Source: Acidobacteriota bacterium
GTDB taxonomy: Bacteria; Acidobacteriota; CAIWXX01
NCBI GenBank assembly: GCA_040755995.1
Contig: JBFMAF010000045.1
Location: 1 to 64,000, forward strand
Length of the DNA: 64,000 bases
Reading direction: 5' to 3'
Below are positions 48,209 to 58,556 of the stretch, piece by piece (positions within the stretch are counted from its first letter, which is position 1; each line of letters opens with the position of its first letter). The notes beneath the pieces were generated by a model. The model worked only from the letters and a program-made list of their open reading frames with translations, made no database searches and was not told where the DNA came from. Position numbers and translations under genes: made by a program.

Positions 48209-49969
48209 CTACCGGTCCAGCTTGATGTGCAGCTCGCCCAGCTGCTTCGCGTCCACGGGCGACGGGCTCTCAGTCATCAGGCACAGAGCCGACGTCGTTT
48301 TCGGAAACGCGATGACATCGCGAATCGAGCTCTCGCCGGCGAGGATCATGCAGATCCGGTCGAACCCAAGCGCGATGCCTCCGTGCGGCGGAGCGCCGTA
48401 CTCCAGTGCGTCCAGGAAGAAACCGAACCTGAGGCCCGCCTCGACTTCCGAAAACCCGAGGGCCTTGAACATCGCCTGCTGCATCTCGGGGCGATGAATA
48501 CGGATGCTGCCGCCGCCGATCTCGGTGCCGTTGAGCACCAGGTCGTATGCCTTCGCCCGCACCTTCCCCGGTTCCGTTTCGAGCAACGGGAGGTCATCCT
48601 CATGAGGTGACGTGAACGGGTGGTGGCACGCCACCCACCGGTTCTCTTCGGGGCTCCATTCGACCAGTGGAAAGTCGTACACCCACAGGAAACCGTACGC
48701 GTTGGCCGGAACGAGGTTCTCGCGCCGCGCGATGGACAAGCGCAACGCGCCGAGAATGCGCGAGACGTCACCTGGGGGGCCGACTTGCAGGAAGGCGCAA
48801 TCGCCCTCGGCCGTGCCCAGCCGCGCTGCCATGCCGGCCAAAATCTCCTGGCTCAGCTGCTTCTGAACGGGCGACTGGAACGCGCCTTCCTTGCGCTTGA
48901 TCCAGATCAGCCCTTTGGCTCCGAGCCTCCTGGCCTCCTCCTCGATCGTCTGCAGCTCTTTGCGCGAGTAGTTGGCGCCGCCCGGGACATTGAAGCCCCG
49001 TGTCACCCAGCCTTCCGCCGCGGCCTGCTTGAACAAGGCCGCCTCCGTATTTTCTACAATCGTAGATAAATCGGCGATCTTCATCTCGAATCGAGAGTCG
49101 GGCTTGTCCGAGCCGTAGCTCGCCATTGCCTCGGCGTAGGTCATACGAGGGAACGGCGGGCGCACATCGATATCAGCCAGCGCGAACACCTGCTGTATCA
49201 TGGGTTCGATCAGGGCGAAAATCGTCTCCTGCGTCGGGAAGCTCATCTCGATGTCGACCTGGGTGAACTCGGGCTGGCGGTCCGCGCGCAGGTCCTCATC
49301 GCGGAAGCAGCGCACGATCTGGTAGTAGCGGTCGTATCCCGCGATCATGAAAAGCTGCTTGAAGAGCTGCGGGGACTGCGGGAGCGCATAGAACATTCCG
49401 GGGTTGACGCGGCTGGGGACCAGGTAGTCCCGCGCACCTTCAGGTGTCGACTTCGTCAGGAACGGTGTCTCGAGCTCCAGGAAGCCCTGCCCGGCCAGAT
49501 AGTTCCGAATCGTCAGCGCGGCCTGATGGCGCAGCTTGAGGTTGGCCTGCAGGCGCGGGCGGCGCAGGTCCAGGTACCGGTACTTCAGGCGCGTGTCATC
49601 GGAAGCCTGTGGCGGGTCGTCGATCACGAAAGGCGGGGTCTTGGCGGTGTTGAGAACCTGGAGATCCGTCGCGACGACCTCGATCGCGCCGGTCGCCATG
49701 TTGGGATTCACCGCCTGGCGTCTCTCGACGACACCGCCCACCTGCACCACGTACTCGCTCCGTACGTCCTTGGCGGCCCGGTGAAGGTCAGGGTGCTTCT
49801 CGGCATTGAAGAGCACCTGGCAGATGCCCGAGCGGTCGCGCAGATCGATGAACGTGAGCCCGCCCAGCTCGCGGCGGCGGTGGACCCAACCGGCAAGCGT
49901 GACGGTCTGGCCAACGTGATCTAGGGAGAGCGTGCCACAGTAGTGAGTTCTCTGCGTGGTCGGTTGCAT
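48209..49969 (-). CDS. aspS: Aspartate--tRNA ligase
   Basis: [56 protein letters not shown]. Confidence 0.97.
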   Translation of the reverse strand: MQPTTQRTHYCGTLSLDHVGQTVTLAGWVHRRRELGGLTFIDLRDRSGICQVLFNAEKHPDLHRAAKDVRSEYVVQVGGVVERRQAVNPNMATGAIEVVATDLQVLNTAKTPPFVIDDPPQASDDTRLKYRYLDLRRPRLQANLKLRHQAALTIRNYLAGQGFLELETPFLTKSTPEGARDYLVPSRVNPGMFYALPQSPQLFKQLFMIAGYDRYYQIVRCFRDEDLRADRQPEFTQVDIEMSFPTQETIFALIEPMIQQVFALADIDVRPPFPRMTYAEAMASYGSDKPDSRFEMKIADLSTIVENTEAALFKQAAAEGWVTRGFNVPGGANYSRKELQTIEEEARRLGAKGLIWIKRKEGAFQSPVQKQLSQEILAGMAARLGTAEGDCAFLQVGPPGDVSRILGALRLSIARRENLVPANAYGFLWVYDFPLVEWSPEENRWVACHHPFTSPHEDDLPLLETEPGKVRAKAYDLVLNGTEIGGGSIRIHRPEMQQAMFKALGFSEVEAGLRFGFFLDALEYGAPPHGGIALGFDRICMILAGESSIRDVIAFPKTTSALCLMTESPSPVDAKQLGELHIKLDR

Positions 49970-49980
49970 GATCCCTCTCC

Positions 49981-51204
49981 TCAGACCTCAGATTCGGGCA
50001 CCAGTCGCTGCTCGCCTGTCACCATATCTTTCACCTTAACGACACCGTCGCGCAATTCATCCGGGCCGAGCACGTAGACGGTCGTAGCGGCCATCCGATC
50101 GGCCTCCTTGAACTGCGACTTCAGCTGCTTGAGCGGATTCCCGACGGCCACAGCGAGCCCTCGATCGCGCAGGCGTTCGGCGAGCGCGGCGGCCCGCCGG
50201 AAGCCCTCGGGCTCCATGTGAGCCACGTAGTATTTCGGGCGTGAACCGGCCGTGACCTCCGGCAATGCCATGATGAGCCGCTCGATCCCCATCGCGAATC
50301 CGATTCCTACCAGGTCCGGGCCGTCCAGGTCCTTCACAAGTCCGTCGTAGCGGCCTCCTCCCACCAGCGCGTTCTGGGCGCCGAGCGAATCGGAGGTCGA
50401 GGCGAACTCGAAGGCCGTGCGGGTGTAGTAGTCGAGACCGCGCACCAGCCGCGGATACACCTGGTGTGGGACGCCGAACTCGTTCAGTTTCGCGACGAAC
50501 CCCTTGAAGTGCTCATCGCACCCGGCGCACAGGTGCGCGGTGATAGGCGGCAGTGTTGCCAGGGTGGGCTGGCAGGCTTCCTGCTTGCAGTCGAACACGC
50601 GCAAGGCGTTCCGGTCGCGCCTGCGGCGGCAGTCGTCGCAGAGCTGGTCGAGCACGGGCGCAAGGGATGCCTTCAAGACCTCGACGTATGCGGGGCGGCA
50701 CTCGTGGCAGCCGACGGAGTTCACTCGAACCTCGTAAGCGTCGACTCCAAGTCGGGTCATGAAGCGCCCCAACATCAGCACGATCTCCGCGTCTATGTAC
50801 GGGCCCGCGTCGCCGAACGCCTCCACACCGATCTGGTGAAACTGGCGATAGCGTCCCTTCTGCGGGCGCTCACGACGGAACATCGGGCCGATGTAGTAAA
50901 AGCGCATGGCCCCGCGCTTCTCATGCAGCTTCGCCTCGATCAGGGCGCGCACGACGCCTGCCGTGTTCTCCGGGCGCATGCTCACCGCCTGATGCGAGTC
51001 CTCGAACGTGTACATCTCCTTCTCGACGATATCGGTGGCTTCGCCGATCGAACGCGCGAAAAGCTCGGTTGGCTCCAGTACCGGCGTCCGGATCTCCCTA
51101 TAAAGATAGCTCTCGAACACCTCGCGCGCGGCGACCTCGACGCGTCTCCACACATCGATCTCGTCGGGCAGAATATCCTTCATGCCCTTCACGGCCTTGA
51201 TCAT
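49981..51204 (-). CDS. hisS: Histidine--tRNA ligase
   Basis: [41 protein letters not shown]. Confidence 0.97.
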   Translation of the reverse strand: MIKAVKGMKDILPDEIDVWRRVEVAAREVFESYLYREIRTPVLEPTELFARSIGEATDIVEKEMYTFEDSHQAVSMRPENTAGVVRALIEAKLHEKRGAMRFYYIGPMFRRERPQKGRYRQFHQIGVEAFGDAGPYIDAEIVLMLGRFMTRLGVDAYEVRVNSVGCHECRPAYVEVLKASLAPVLDQLCDDCRRRRDRNALRVFDCKQEACQPTLATLPPITAHLCAGCDEHFKGFVAKLNEFGVPHQVYPRLVRGLDYYTRTAFEFASTSDSLGAQNALVGGGRYDGLVKDLDGPDLVGIGFAMGIERLIMALPEVTAGSRPKYYVAHMEPEGFRRAAALAERLRDRGLAVAVGNPLKQLKSQFKEADRMAATTVYVLGPDELRDGVVKVKDMVTGEQRLVPESEV

Positions 51205-51828
51205 CGCATGCTCTCCATCATGAATCCCAAATCATAACAGGAAACAGTGCGTGCGCAACACTGGCCCGTTCCCGCGTTCCCACCGTTCCGGCACGGCCCG
51301 CCTCCACGCAACATCCTGAGCGACGGGGGCGATAGTCGCCCGCGGATAGCTCAACCCAGGTTCGGAGCTGTCGGCCAAATCCGATCCGGCAAGAGGCTGC
51401 ACATGTGTCGGAATGTGCTCGCGCTCATGGAGCCAGCGTGTGGTTCTACTACGAGTTCCAAACGAAGGGGATTCGAGCCGGGTTCAACCGGCCTCTGGTG
51501 GCGCAATCCCTGTCCATGGCATCGCCTGGGCTGGCAATTCGTGGGGAGAGCAAGCAGTCGCGGCAATCATGCAGCAACAAGTGGGTCTCACTGATCGTGA
51601 GCGCGGCGCGCTCTCGCAACGCGCCGCACTGCAATCATTCAGGCCCATCTACTCACAACGGCGTGCCAGCATTCTCCAAGACAGCGGAGGGTACCATCCA
51701 GCATCAGCCCTACATCTCGAACCGGTACCCTCCCTGCCCCACCCGAAACTCCCGCGGGATGGTCACGAGGGCAGCCCAGGCGACCTCCAGGAACCACGGC
51801 CAGGGTTCTGCAAACTCCACTTCGTTAT

Positions 51829-53025
51829 CTAGCGCTTGAAATCCGCAGCCTCCTGCTGAGTTATGGTTATGTACAGGAACGGATCATTCGGCGTGTTGTA
51901 GGTGCGATAGCGCCCATAGTCCTCCACCGGCTCTATTTGATCAGCCTCCGTGAAGTCGTTGAAGGTCGTGACGGAGATGTATGCCCCGGCGCTGGGGTTG
52001 CCATCCCAAGCAAGATGTGTATCCGTCCAAGCAGTGCGATAGTGGTCCGCAGAGCGCTCCACTCTGCGGGGATTGTCCGAGAATTCGCTGGGATCGAAGC
52101 CCGGCATAACGGTTGGTATGGCGATTGCGGGGGCGTGACTGATGACCTTGGCGATCCACTCCTTGTAGGCCCAAGTCTCATCATAGCCTCTCGCCCATAG
52201 AAACAACCCGTCAGCCGCGCGCTTCACGATCTTCCGGGCTACATCGACCGAATTGTCTTTGAGGAAGCCTTTGAACTCAGGAGTGCCGTTGGATATGATG
52301 AGGGGAGGCGCTCCACCTCCGTATTTCGTTCTGTTATTCCTGACCTGATTGAACACCCCTGCAAACGTGGCATCCTCGCCCGCGCCTGTGTTCCCAAAGT
52401 GCATGAGCACCGGGCGCCCACCGATCCTCCAATAGCAGGAATCGTATGTAACAGCGGGGTTGTACGCGTATTTCTGCAAGATGTAGTAGAACTGGTCCTC
52501 CAGCGTCCCAGATGCCACTGAATCCTGGTCTCGCAAGATCGCCACCTTCAATCCTTTTGCCATCGCCTCCTGCATTATCTCAGGCATGAGCTCGTCGGGC
52601 AGGCGCTCTGGAGTCTCGGGAGCGCCGCGGTCCTTCCGCCCCCACCAAGACACCACGACGACATCGATGTTGGCGTCTGCCATCCATTTCATGTGCCACT
52701 TGATGCTGGTTCTCCATTTCACCCGGCCGTCACTGTCGACGGCACGATAGGTAGTAGCCGGTGTGCTGGTGTACGGGCCGAGCAAGGGGTAGTACGGGCT
52801 GGCGATGTCCTCCGGCGGGTAGTGCCGGTGCGGGTCGTTCCCGTTCCACTTAGACCAGCGCCCATCCACGGGCTTTGCCCTGTACCAGGGAAAATAGAAT
52901 GCCAACACCTTCTTGTCAGTGGTCTGCCCGGTTGCTTCATTCGGTGGTTCGGCACTGACCGTGACCAGAGGCCACGCAAACACCACCATCGCCACAGTCG
53001 CCAAGAGACGGATTCGTGAGTTCAT
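51829..53025 (-). CDS. Secreted GH99-like (endo-alpha-mannosidase-like) glycoside hydrolase
   Basis: AAAGGAG RBS, signal peptide, VLAFYFPWY, YYPLLGPY, IDVVVVSWWG, MPGFD, TTFNDFTEADQIEP. Confidence 0.75.
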   Translation of the reverse strand: MNSRIRLLATVAMVVFAWPLVTVSAEPPNEATGQTTDKKVLAFYFPWYRAKPVDGRWSKWNGNDPHRHYPPEDIASPYYPLLGPYTSTPATTYRAVDSDGRVKWRTSIKWHMKWMADANIDVVVVSWWGRKDRGAPETPERLPDELMPEIMQEAMAKGLKVAILRDQDSVASGTLEDQFYYILQKYAYNPAVTYDSCYWRIGGRPVLMHFGNTGAGEDATFAGVFNQVRNNRTKYGGGAPPLIISNGTPEFKGFLKDNSVDVARKIVKRAADGLFLWARGYDETWAYKEWIAKVISHAPAIAIPTVMPGFDPSEFSDNPRRVERSADHYRTAWTDTHLAWDGNPSAGAYISVTTFNDFTEADQIEPVEDYGRYRTYNTPNDPFLYITITQQEAADFKR

Positions 53026-53196
53026 GGTTGCTCCTTTGATGAATTTGAATATGCTGTTCTTGGGCGTGCCACCCTGCGCGGTAGGCCAGAGCGTCTGGTA
53101 TACACGGGATTGGGAAGCCGGCGCAGCAGTCCAGTTGCACAGGCTCGAGCTGGATGCAGGCGTTCGGCCGAAAGCGCTTCTTGGAGGGTTGGCCAT

Positions 53197-53540
53197 CTAC
53201 CGACTGCCTCCGGGAGCACCGCGGCGTCTGCGACGAGCTAGTGCTACCGGCCTCTTGGCCCCGGACGCTTCTCTGTGAGCTGTGTGCCTGGGGCTCGATT
53301 CTGCGCAGGCACCCTCGATTCCAAGCGCCCTGCGAAACAACGGAATTGGATCGCAGTCGAGTGTACGGATGAGTTCGACGAATTCGATTACATCCAGTCT
53401 GCGTTCGCCAAGCTCGTACTTGGACACATAGGACTGGGGTCTACCCAAACGTGCAGCCAACTCACGCTGGGAGAGTCGCGCGGATCTCCGCGCTTCGATG
53501 AGAAGAGCCCGGAATGGGAGTACGCGCCCGACTTGATCAT
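53197..53540 (-). pseudogene. XRE-family HTH regulator, frameshifted near its 5' end
   Basis: MIKSGAYS in one frame; [45 protein letters not shown] in another frame with no start of its own; C-terminus looks run-on. Confidence 0.7.
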
Positions 53541-53748
53541 GGCATAGATTCCTCTCCCGAGTCCCCTACCACAACTGGCTGCCTGAACCCAAAATCGGTT
53601 CAACCAGGATGCCGCGAATACGCTCGGGTTGGACGAGAACCGCGCGGGGTTCGGCAGCTAGTAGCACGCTCAGGGTGTCCGTAGCTCGGCTGCATCCTAC
53701 TTACATTCGTGGCCATGGATATGCTATGAATGGCGGGGGTCAACAGGC

Positions 53749-55734
53749 TTGAGCAACAAGTCGGATGGTAGGCGGGGCAGAGGACTCTTTCTGTTAGCTG
53801 ACTGGGTTCTGATCGGGTTATCGGCTCTGGTCGCTGCGTGCATCGTGCTGGTGCTGTGGAGGGGCGGTCTCAGATTCGACCTGCACGGTACTCCGGTCGG
53901 TTTCGCGACCGCGACTGGAGCTGTTTTGGTCCTGCTGGGTCTCCTGCTCTCCAGATTGTTGCTCCACGCACTGCCGCCGGGAAGACGCAGGCTTCTCCCA
54001 CCCGATTCGTCACTCCTCTTCCTCCTGTCTCTCGGGATCTACCTCTCGAACGGCTCTACCCTGGGAACAGGCGACACGCTACCCGCGCGCTTTCTGCCCA
54101 TGAGCATTCTGCGGGACGGAGATTTCTATTTGGACGAGGCGGTGCCGCTGTTCAAGGCGGGTCCACTCCACGCACTGCGCTTCGTCGAGGCCACCGGCAA
54201 GGACAAGCCTGTCCTGGGCGGACCCGCGCTGGCGGGGCGTCCGGGAGTCCACTATGTCTCCGACTATCCTGTTGGCGCACCGGTGCTCGCTGTCCCCGTC
54301 TACCTTGTCTCTGGCTTGGGCAACGTGACTCTCGAAAGTCCGCTGTTGGAGGAATTGGAGAAACTGGCCGGCTCGCTCATGATTGCGCTGTCGGTCCTAG
54401 TCCTGCACCTGTGCCTGAAGCGGGTCACCAGCCCAACTTGGGCTGCCCTCGTCTCAGTGGCGTACGCTTTCGGGACCAGCAGCCTCAGCGTGAGCTCTCA
54501 GGCGCTCTGGCAACACGGCCCAGCTCAGTTGTGCATCACGGCGAGTCTCTATTGTCTGGTTCGCGGTCGCTCGGAACTGCGCTGGATGGCGTTGGCCGGG
54601 GCTCCCCTTGCGATGGCTGTTGTGTGCCGGCCGACGAATGCCCTGCTGTTCCTTCCGGTCGTTGTGTATCTACTCCTGAGCTACCGGCGCTGCTTCCTTC
54701 CCTTTGTGGCCTGGTGCCTCCCTCCAGTGCTGTTCCAGCTCTGGTACAACTACACCTACTTTCACTACCCGTTGCGCACTCAGTACTCTGGGAGCTCGGT
54801 TGATCTATGGAGCGGCGAAATCATACCCGCCCTCGCGGGCCTGCTATTGAGTCCGGGCCGCGGCCTTCTGGTTTACTCCCCCATATTCATCCTCTCGTTG
54901 TGCGGGACCGTTGCCGCGGCTCGCAGACCCCCTGACTTCATGGTGCTCGCGTTGGGCTCTGGTGCTCTGCTGGTGATAGCGCTTCACAGCGCTTGGAAGG
55001 TGTGGTGGGGCGGCCTGTGCTACGGGCCGCGCTTGCTCGCTGACATCACACCAATCCTGGCCTTCTGCATGTACCCCGTGGGAGCCGTCTTGGAGCGTCG
55101 CACAAAGGTGCTGCTACCCATTGTCGTGTCACTGCTCGCATGGTCGGTCTGCGCGCATTCGATCGGGGCGTTCTGGGACGACGGGCGATGGACTGGGTAC
55201 TCGATTCCGGGTGGCCTCTGGTCGTGGTCCGACAACCCGCTGGTCAACCCTCCGCGAGAGATCCTCAACCGCTTCCTCATTCGATACCGGCACCTCCCAA
55301 CGAGTGCGGGGTCCGCAGAGTACCTCCGGGCGCACTATGAAATCGAGAGCGCCGCACTTCGCGGCGTCGTTGGAAAGGTTCCCGAGCTCACACTGCGGGC
55401 GAGTAACACGGGGCCCGTCGTGTGGCTCGCCTGGCCCAAGGCAGCGAAGGGAACCGTCTCGTTCGAGTGGGAGATGTTGGCGGATGGAAAGCGGATCGGG
55501 GGACAAGGTGGGAGGATTCCGCTTCGACATGACGTCTTCCCTGGGGAGTCGTATGAGCTGACGGCCCCGATCGTTCTGGAGCACCCCGGCATCTACACCC
55601 TCCGCGTCGGGCTCAGGTGCGAGGGAGAGTTCTCGCTTGAGGCACTCGGGATCGCCCCCGCCGAGATCCCCGTGACGATCGACGAGCCGCGCAAGCCGAG
55701 CAGGCGGAACCGGCAGAGCAAGCGCGAGGAGTGA
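53749..55734 (+). CDS. Polytopic membrane protein, GT-C-like glycosyltransferase with C-terminal Ig-like domain
   Basis: About 12 TM segments; GDTLPARFLP, SDYPVG, SQALWQH, RPTN, SPGRGLLVYSP, WWGG..YGPR; tail ASNTG..W..DVFPGES..PGIYTL; start uncertain. Confidence 0.65.
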   Translation: MSNKSDGRRGRGLFLLADWVLIGLSALVAACIVLVLWRGGLRFDLHGTPVGFATATGAVLVLLGLLLSRLLLHALPPGRRRLLPPDSSLLFLLSLGIYLSNGSTLGTGDTLPARFLPMSILRDGDFYLDEAVPLFKAGPLHALRFVEATGKDKPVLGGPALAGRPGVHYVSDYPVGAPVLAVPVYLVSGLGNVTLESPLLEELEKLAGSLMIALSVLVLHLCLKRVTSPTWAALVSVAYAFGTSSLSVSSQALWQHGPAQLCITASLYCLVRGRSELRWMALAGAPLAMAVVCRPTNALLFLPVVVYLLLSYRRCFLPFVAWCLPPVLFQLWYNYTYFHYPLRTQYSGSSVDLWSGEIIPALAGLLLSPGRGLLVYSPIFILSLCGTVAAARRPPDFMVLALGSGALLVIALHSAWKVWWGGLCYGPRLLADITPILAFCMYPVGAVLERRTKVLLPIVVSLLAWSVCAHSIGAFWDDGRWTGYSIPGGLWSWSDNPLVNPPREILNRFLIRYRHLPTSAGSAEYLRAHYEIESAALRGVVGKVPELTLRASNTGPVVWLAWPKAAKGTVSFEWEMLADGKRIGGQGGRIPLRHDVFPGESYELTAPIVLEHPGIYTLRVGLRCEGEFSLEALGIAPAEIPVTIDEPRKPSRRNRQSKREE

Positions 55735-55822
55735 ACGCCCCTCTCCTCCGCCCGTCTCGCCACCGCCGCAGCCGCGCGGCCGTGGGCCAGCGTGGGCCAG
55801 CCCGCGCAAATGCCCGTCGCCC

Positions 55823-56308
55823 TTACGCTCGCTGGCGCTTCCAGGCCTCGTAGACCTTGTACATCTGCTGGATGTGGCCCGGCACGTGGCGCTCGTAGGT
55901 GTCGAGCCACTGCTCGAGCGTCATCGTGCCGCGCTCCGAGTGCTCCATCGTCAGGCTCCACGCCGAATCGGGTAGCGTCTTCAGGAGCTCGTATGTGGAC
56001 TTGCGGAGGAGGCGGAAAAGCTCGAGCGCGTCCTTTACGCTGCGGGTAGGATAGTTCACAGTGCGCGCCCAGAGGTCCTGATCATAGGCCATGACGGTCT
56101 TGCCGGGTTCCGCAAGGGCCGTACGGCATCGGATGTATCCGTGGACCTCGCTGTCCGCCAGATGAAAGACGATCTCCTTGATGCTCCAGCTATCAGGCGC
56201 CGGCTTGTACGACCACATGTCTGCCTGGAAGCGAGTGAGAATGGCTTCCAGTGCCTCGGGCGCGCTGCCGTATGCCTCGATCTTCAGGCTGAGTTCGTCC
56301 TTGTTCAT
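55823..56308 (-). CDS. DinB-family protein
   Basis: WSIKEIVFHLADSE, YDQDLWA, RHVPGHIQQ; GGAGG RBS. Confidence 0.9.
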   Translation of the reverse strand: MNKDELSLKIEAYGSAPEALEAILTRFQADMWSYKPAPDSWSIKEIVFHLADSEVHGYIRCRTALAEPGKTVMAYDQDLWARTVNYPTRSVKDALELFRLLRKSTYELLKTLPDSAWSLTMEHSERGTMTLEQWLDTYERHVPGHIQQMYKVYEAWKRQRA

Positions 56309-56391
56309 TAGCTCACCTCCAGATCAGCCCCCTGCCACGACTCTCTTCTTGCTCGCAACGATTTCTGCGCCTAAGGCCACTCGGCGCGACA

Positions 56392-58383
56392 TCACTCGAC
56401 TCGGAACGTGTCCTCTTTCTGGATCGTATACTTCTGCTGATCACCCAGCCGGCACTTGACCTTCCACGTGAGCGTCACGGGCACAGCGTAGTCAGGGCTG
56501 CCGAGAATACCGATGACGTATTCGTACCGGCCGGGCTGCTCCTCGTTGATCATATAGTATGCCTCGTAGCCTCCCCACCCGTGGTCCGATGGGAAGAAAA
56601 TCTTCAAGCGAGGGATCAGGAAGTACCCTGGGCTGGCGTTGTCCACCTTGATCGTGGCGGTCATGGCCACCCAGGTGCCCGGCTTGAAGCTCTCGGCCTT
56701 CCCGCCCACCTCGAATGTGTCAAAGTCGAAATGCCGCGTCTGCAGCGTCTCAATTGTGGCCACAGCGGACTTGTTGCCGGGATCCTCACCCGACAGCCCT
56801 CGGTCCTCGATGATCCCGTTCAGCGCGCCGAGGTCGGCATCATGGTAGAGGGCCTTCTCTGCCTCGAGCAGCCCGTCCCTGAAATCGAAGAAGTCGGCGC
56901 GCGGGCCGAGGCGCGTGAGCGCATCGAAGAGCAGCGATACGGCCTTGTCAGGGCCCAGCGCCCGTCGCATCTCCCAGTACAGCCCGCCGAAGATCAGCCC
57001 CGTGTAGTGCGACTCAGCTTGACCATACTCCGGATCCTGGACGTCGTCCGGATATCGGTTGCGGTTGTCGATGTTGCGTCCGACGAACTTCCCCGACCCG
57101 CGATAGCTCAGCGCCCACTCGCCCATCTTGCTGTTGCCGCTCATCTGGCCCGCCACCGAGTCGCTGAACCCCTCATGGATCGCTCCCGAGTACACGTGCT
57201 CGTAGTGCATGATCAGGCCCCTCTCGATCCTGTCGAGCACCGCATGGCCGTACTCGTGCCAGATGACGTCGGCGTCCATTCCGAAGTTGTGGAACTCCTC
57301 GCCGGAGCCGAACACCAGGACGCCAGTGGACGAGTAGCGGTAGTCACGGGTGTAAAAGGCGTTGTCGTATCCCTTCGAGAGATCTTCCGGATCCTGCACG
57401 TTGACCACCACCGGAATTGTGCCGTTCACCGCGTTAGTGAGCTCGTTTGCGACCAGGTAATCGTGGAGCTGCGTGACGTGGTAGTACCCCATGACCTCCG
57501 CAAAGCGTTTGTCCGCCGGTTCGTAAACGTAGCGGTCGCTGTCGCTCGCCGCGGTAGTGAACCGTGCCATCTGAAACCCGTTCAGGAACGTCGTGTTTCC
57601 GTTCGCGTTGTATGTCTGGACCCAGCTTCCCTTGAGGGTGGAGCTGTTGCCAAGGTGAAGGAGATCGACCTGGACCGGGCTCTTGGTCGTCTTCGGGTTC
57701 TCGGCGTATACCTGACCTCTGCCCGTGACCTCGTCCAGTGCGAGCCTTTTCACGAAATACGTCGTTCCAGGTTCCTCCGCCGAGACCAAGAACAGCCACG
57801 TCCCATGCCGCGTCAGCGCTTCGGTCTGCCAGCACAGGCGCAAGCGGTCGTCGACCTGGTGATAGACCAGCTTCGATGCAGCAGGGTATTCACCACCCCC
57901 ATACATGGCATCCAGGAACCTGAGCGCCGACTGTTCGGATTGTGCCGCGCTGACCACAGGGTCTTTGACGCGGGGCAGTCCGGGTACTCTGTAGGCCTCC
58001 ACCGCATCTATGCTGCCATCCGCCAGCACGTGAACCGAGACCTGCGCATCCAACAGGGGTATGCCTCCGTACCTGAGCTCAAACGGAACCCGGATGCCGG
58101 ATGGCCCCCTGACGCCCGGAAGGCGGACGACTTCGAACCCAGGGCTGCCGATGAGCACCGGTGCAGCCCAGCTCATGTAGCGCTCGGCAATGCCCACCGC
58201 CGCACCGGCGCAGGTGGGAGAAATCGGACCTGAGAGGCGCAGCCTCTTCCCTTCTGCACCGACTACCACCTTGACTCCATCCAGACCTTTCATCAAGTGT
58301 TCGATAGTGGCCGATGGCGAGCCGATTCCCAGGATCAAGGGTGAAATCACAACCAGAATCAATAGAATTCTTCTCACGCTCAT
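56392..58383 (-). CDS. Secreted zinc metallopeptidase (M36/M4, fungalysin/thermolysin-like) with propeptide
   Basis: Signal peptide, FTP/PepSY-like pro-region, DNAFY, DADVIWHEYGH, AIHEGFSD, ESHYTG. Confidence 0.85.
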   Translation of the reverse strand: MSVRRILLILVVISPLILGIGSPSATIEHLMKGLDGVKVVVGAEGKRLRLSGPISPTCAGAAVGIAERYMSWAAPVLIGSPGFEVVRLPGVRGPSGIRVPFELRYGGIPLLDAQVSVHVLADGSIDAVEAYRVPGLPRVKDPVVSAAQSEQSALRFLDAMYGGGEYPAASKLVYHQVDDRLRLCWQTEALTRHGTWLFLVSAEEPGTTYFVKRLALDEVTGRGQVYAENPKTTKSPVQVDLLHLGNSSTLKGSWVQTYNANGNTTFLNGFQMARFTTAASDSDRYVYEPADKRFAEVMGYYHVTQLHDYLVANELTNAVNGTIPVVVNVQDPEDLSKGYDNAFYTRDYRYSSTGVLVFGSGEEFHNFGMDADVIWHEYGHAVLDRIERGLIMHYEHVYSGAIHEGFSDSVAGQMSGNSKMGEWALSYRGSGKFVGRNIDNRNRYPDDVQDPEYGQAESHYTGLIFGGLYWEMRRALGPDKAVSLLFDALTRLGPRADFFDFRDGLLEAEKALYHDADLGALNGIIEDRGLSGEDPGNKSAVATIETLQTRHFDFDTFEVGGKAESFKPGTWVAMTATIKVDNASPGYFLIPRLKIFFPSDHGWGGYEAYYMINEEQPGRYEYVIGILGSPDYAVPVTLTWKVKCRLGDQQKYTIQKEDTFRVE

Positions 58384-58556
58384 CTCCCGCAGTAGGTTCA
58401 TGATAATGCACGCCTTCCCCAAAATCCAGCTGCCTACCTCTTCCCAATCCGGCGCCAATGCATTCGTGGTAACGATCACCGACCCACCGGATGACCGCGG
58501 TCACTTCAAATCTCAGGCCTCTTGGTAGATAATATAGGGGTGGAGAAATCTTCCTG

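Noticed and set aside
51247..51832. ORFs of 115-144 aa between hisS and the GH99-like gene
   Set aside because: No RBS, atypical composition and no motif; left unannotated
55781..55801. 10-bp tandem duplication cgtgggccag x2
   Set aside because: Two copies only, in GC-rich DNA between convergent genes; plausible by chance or simple slippage
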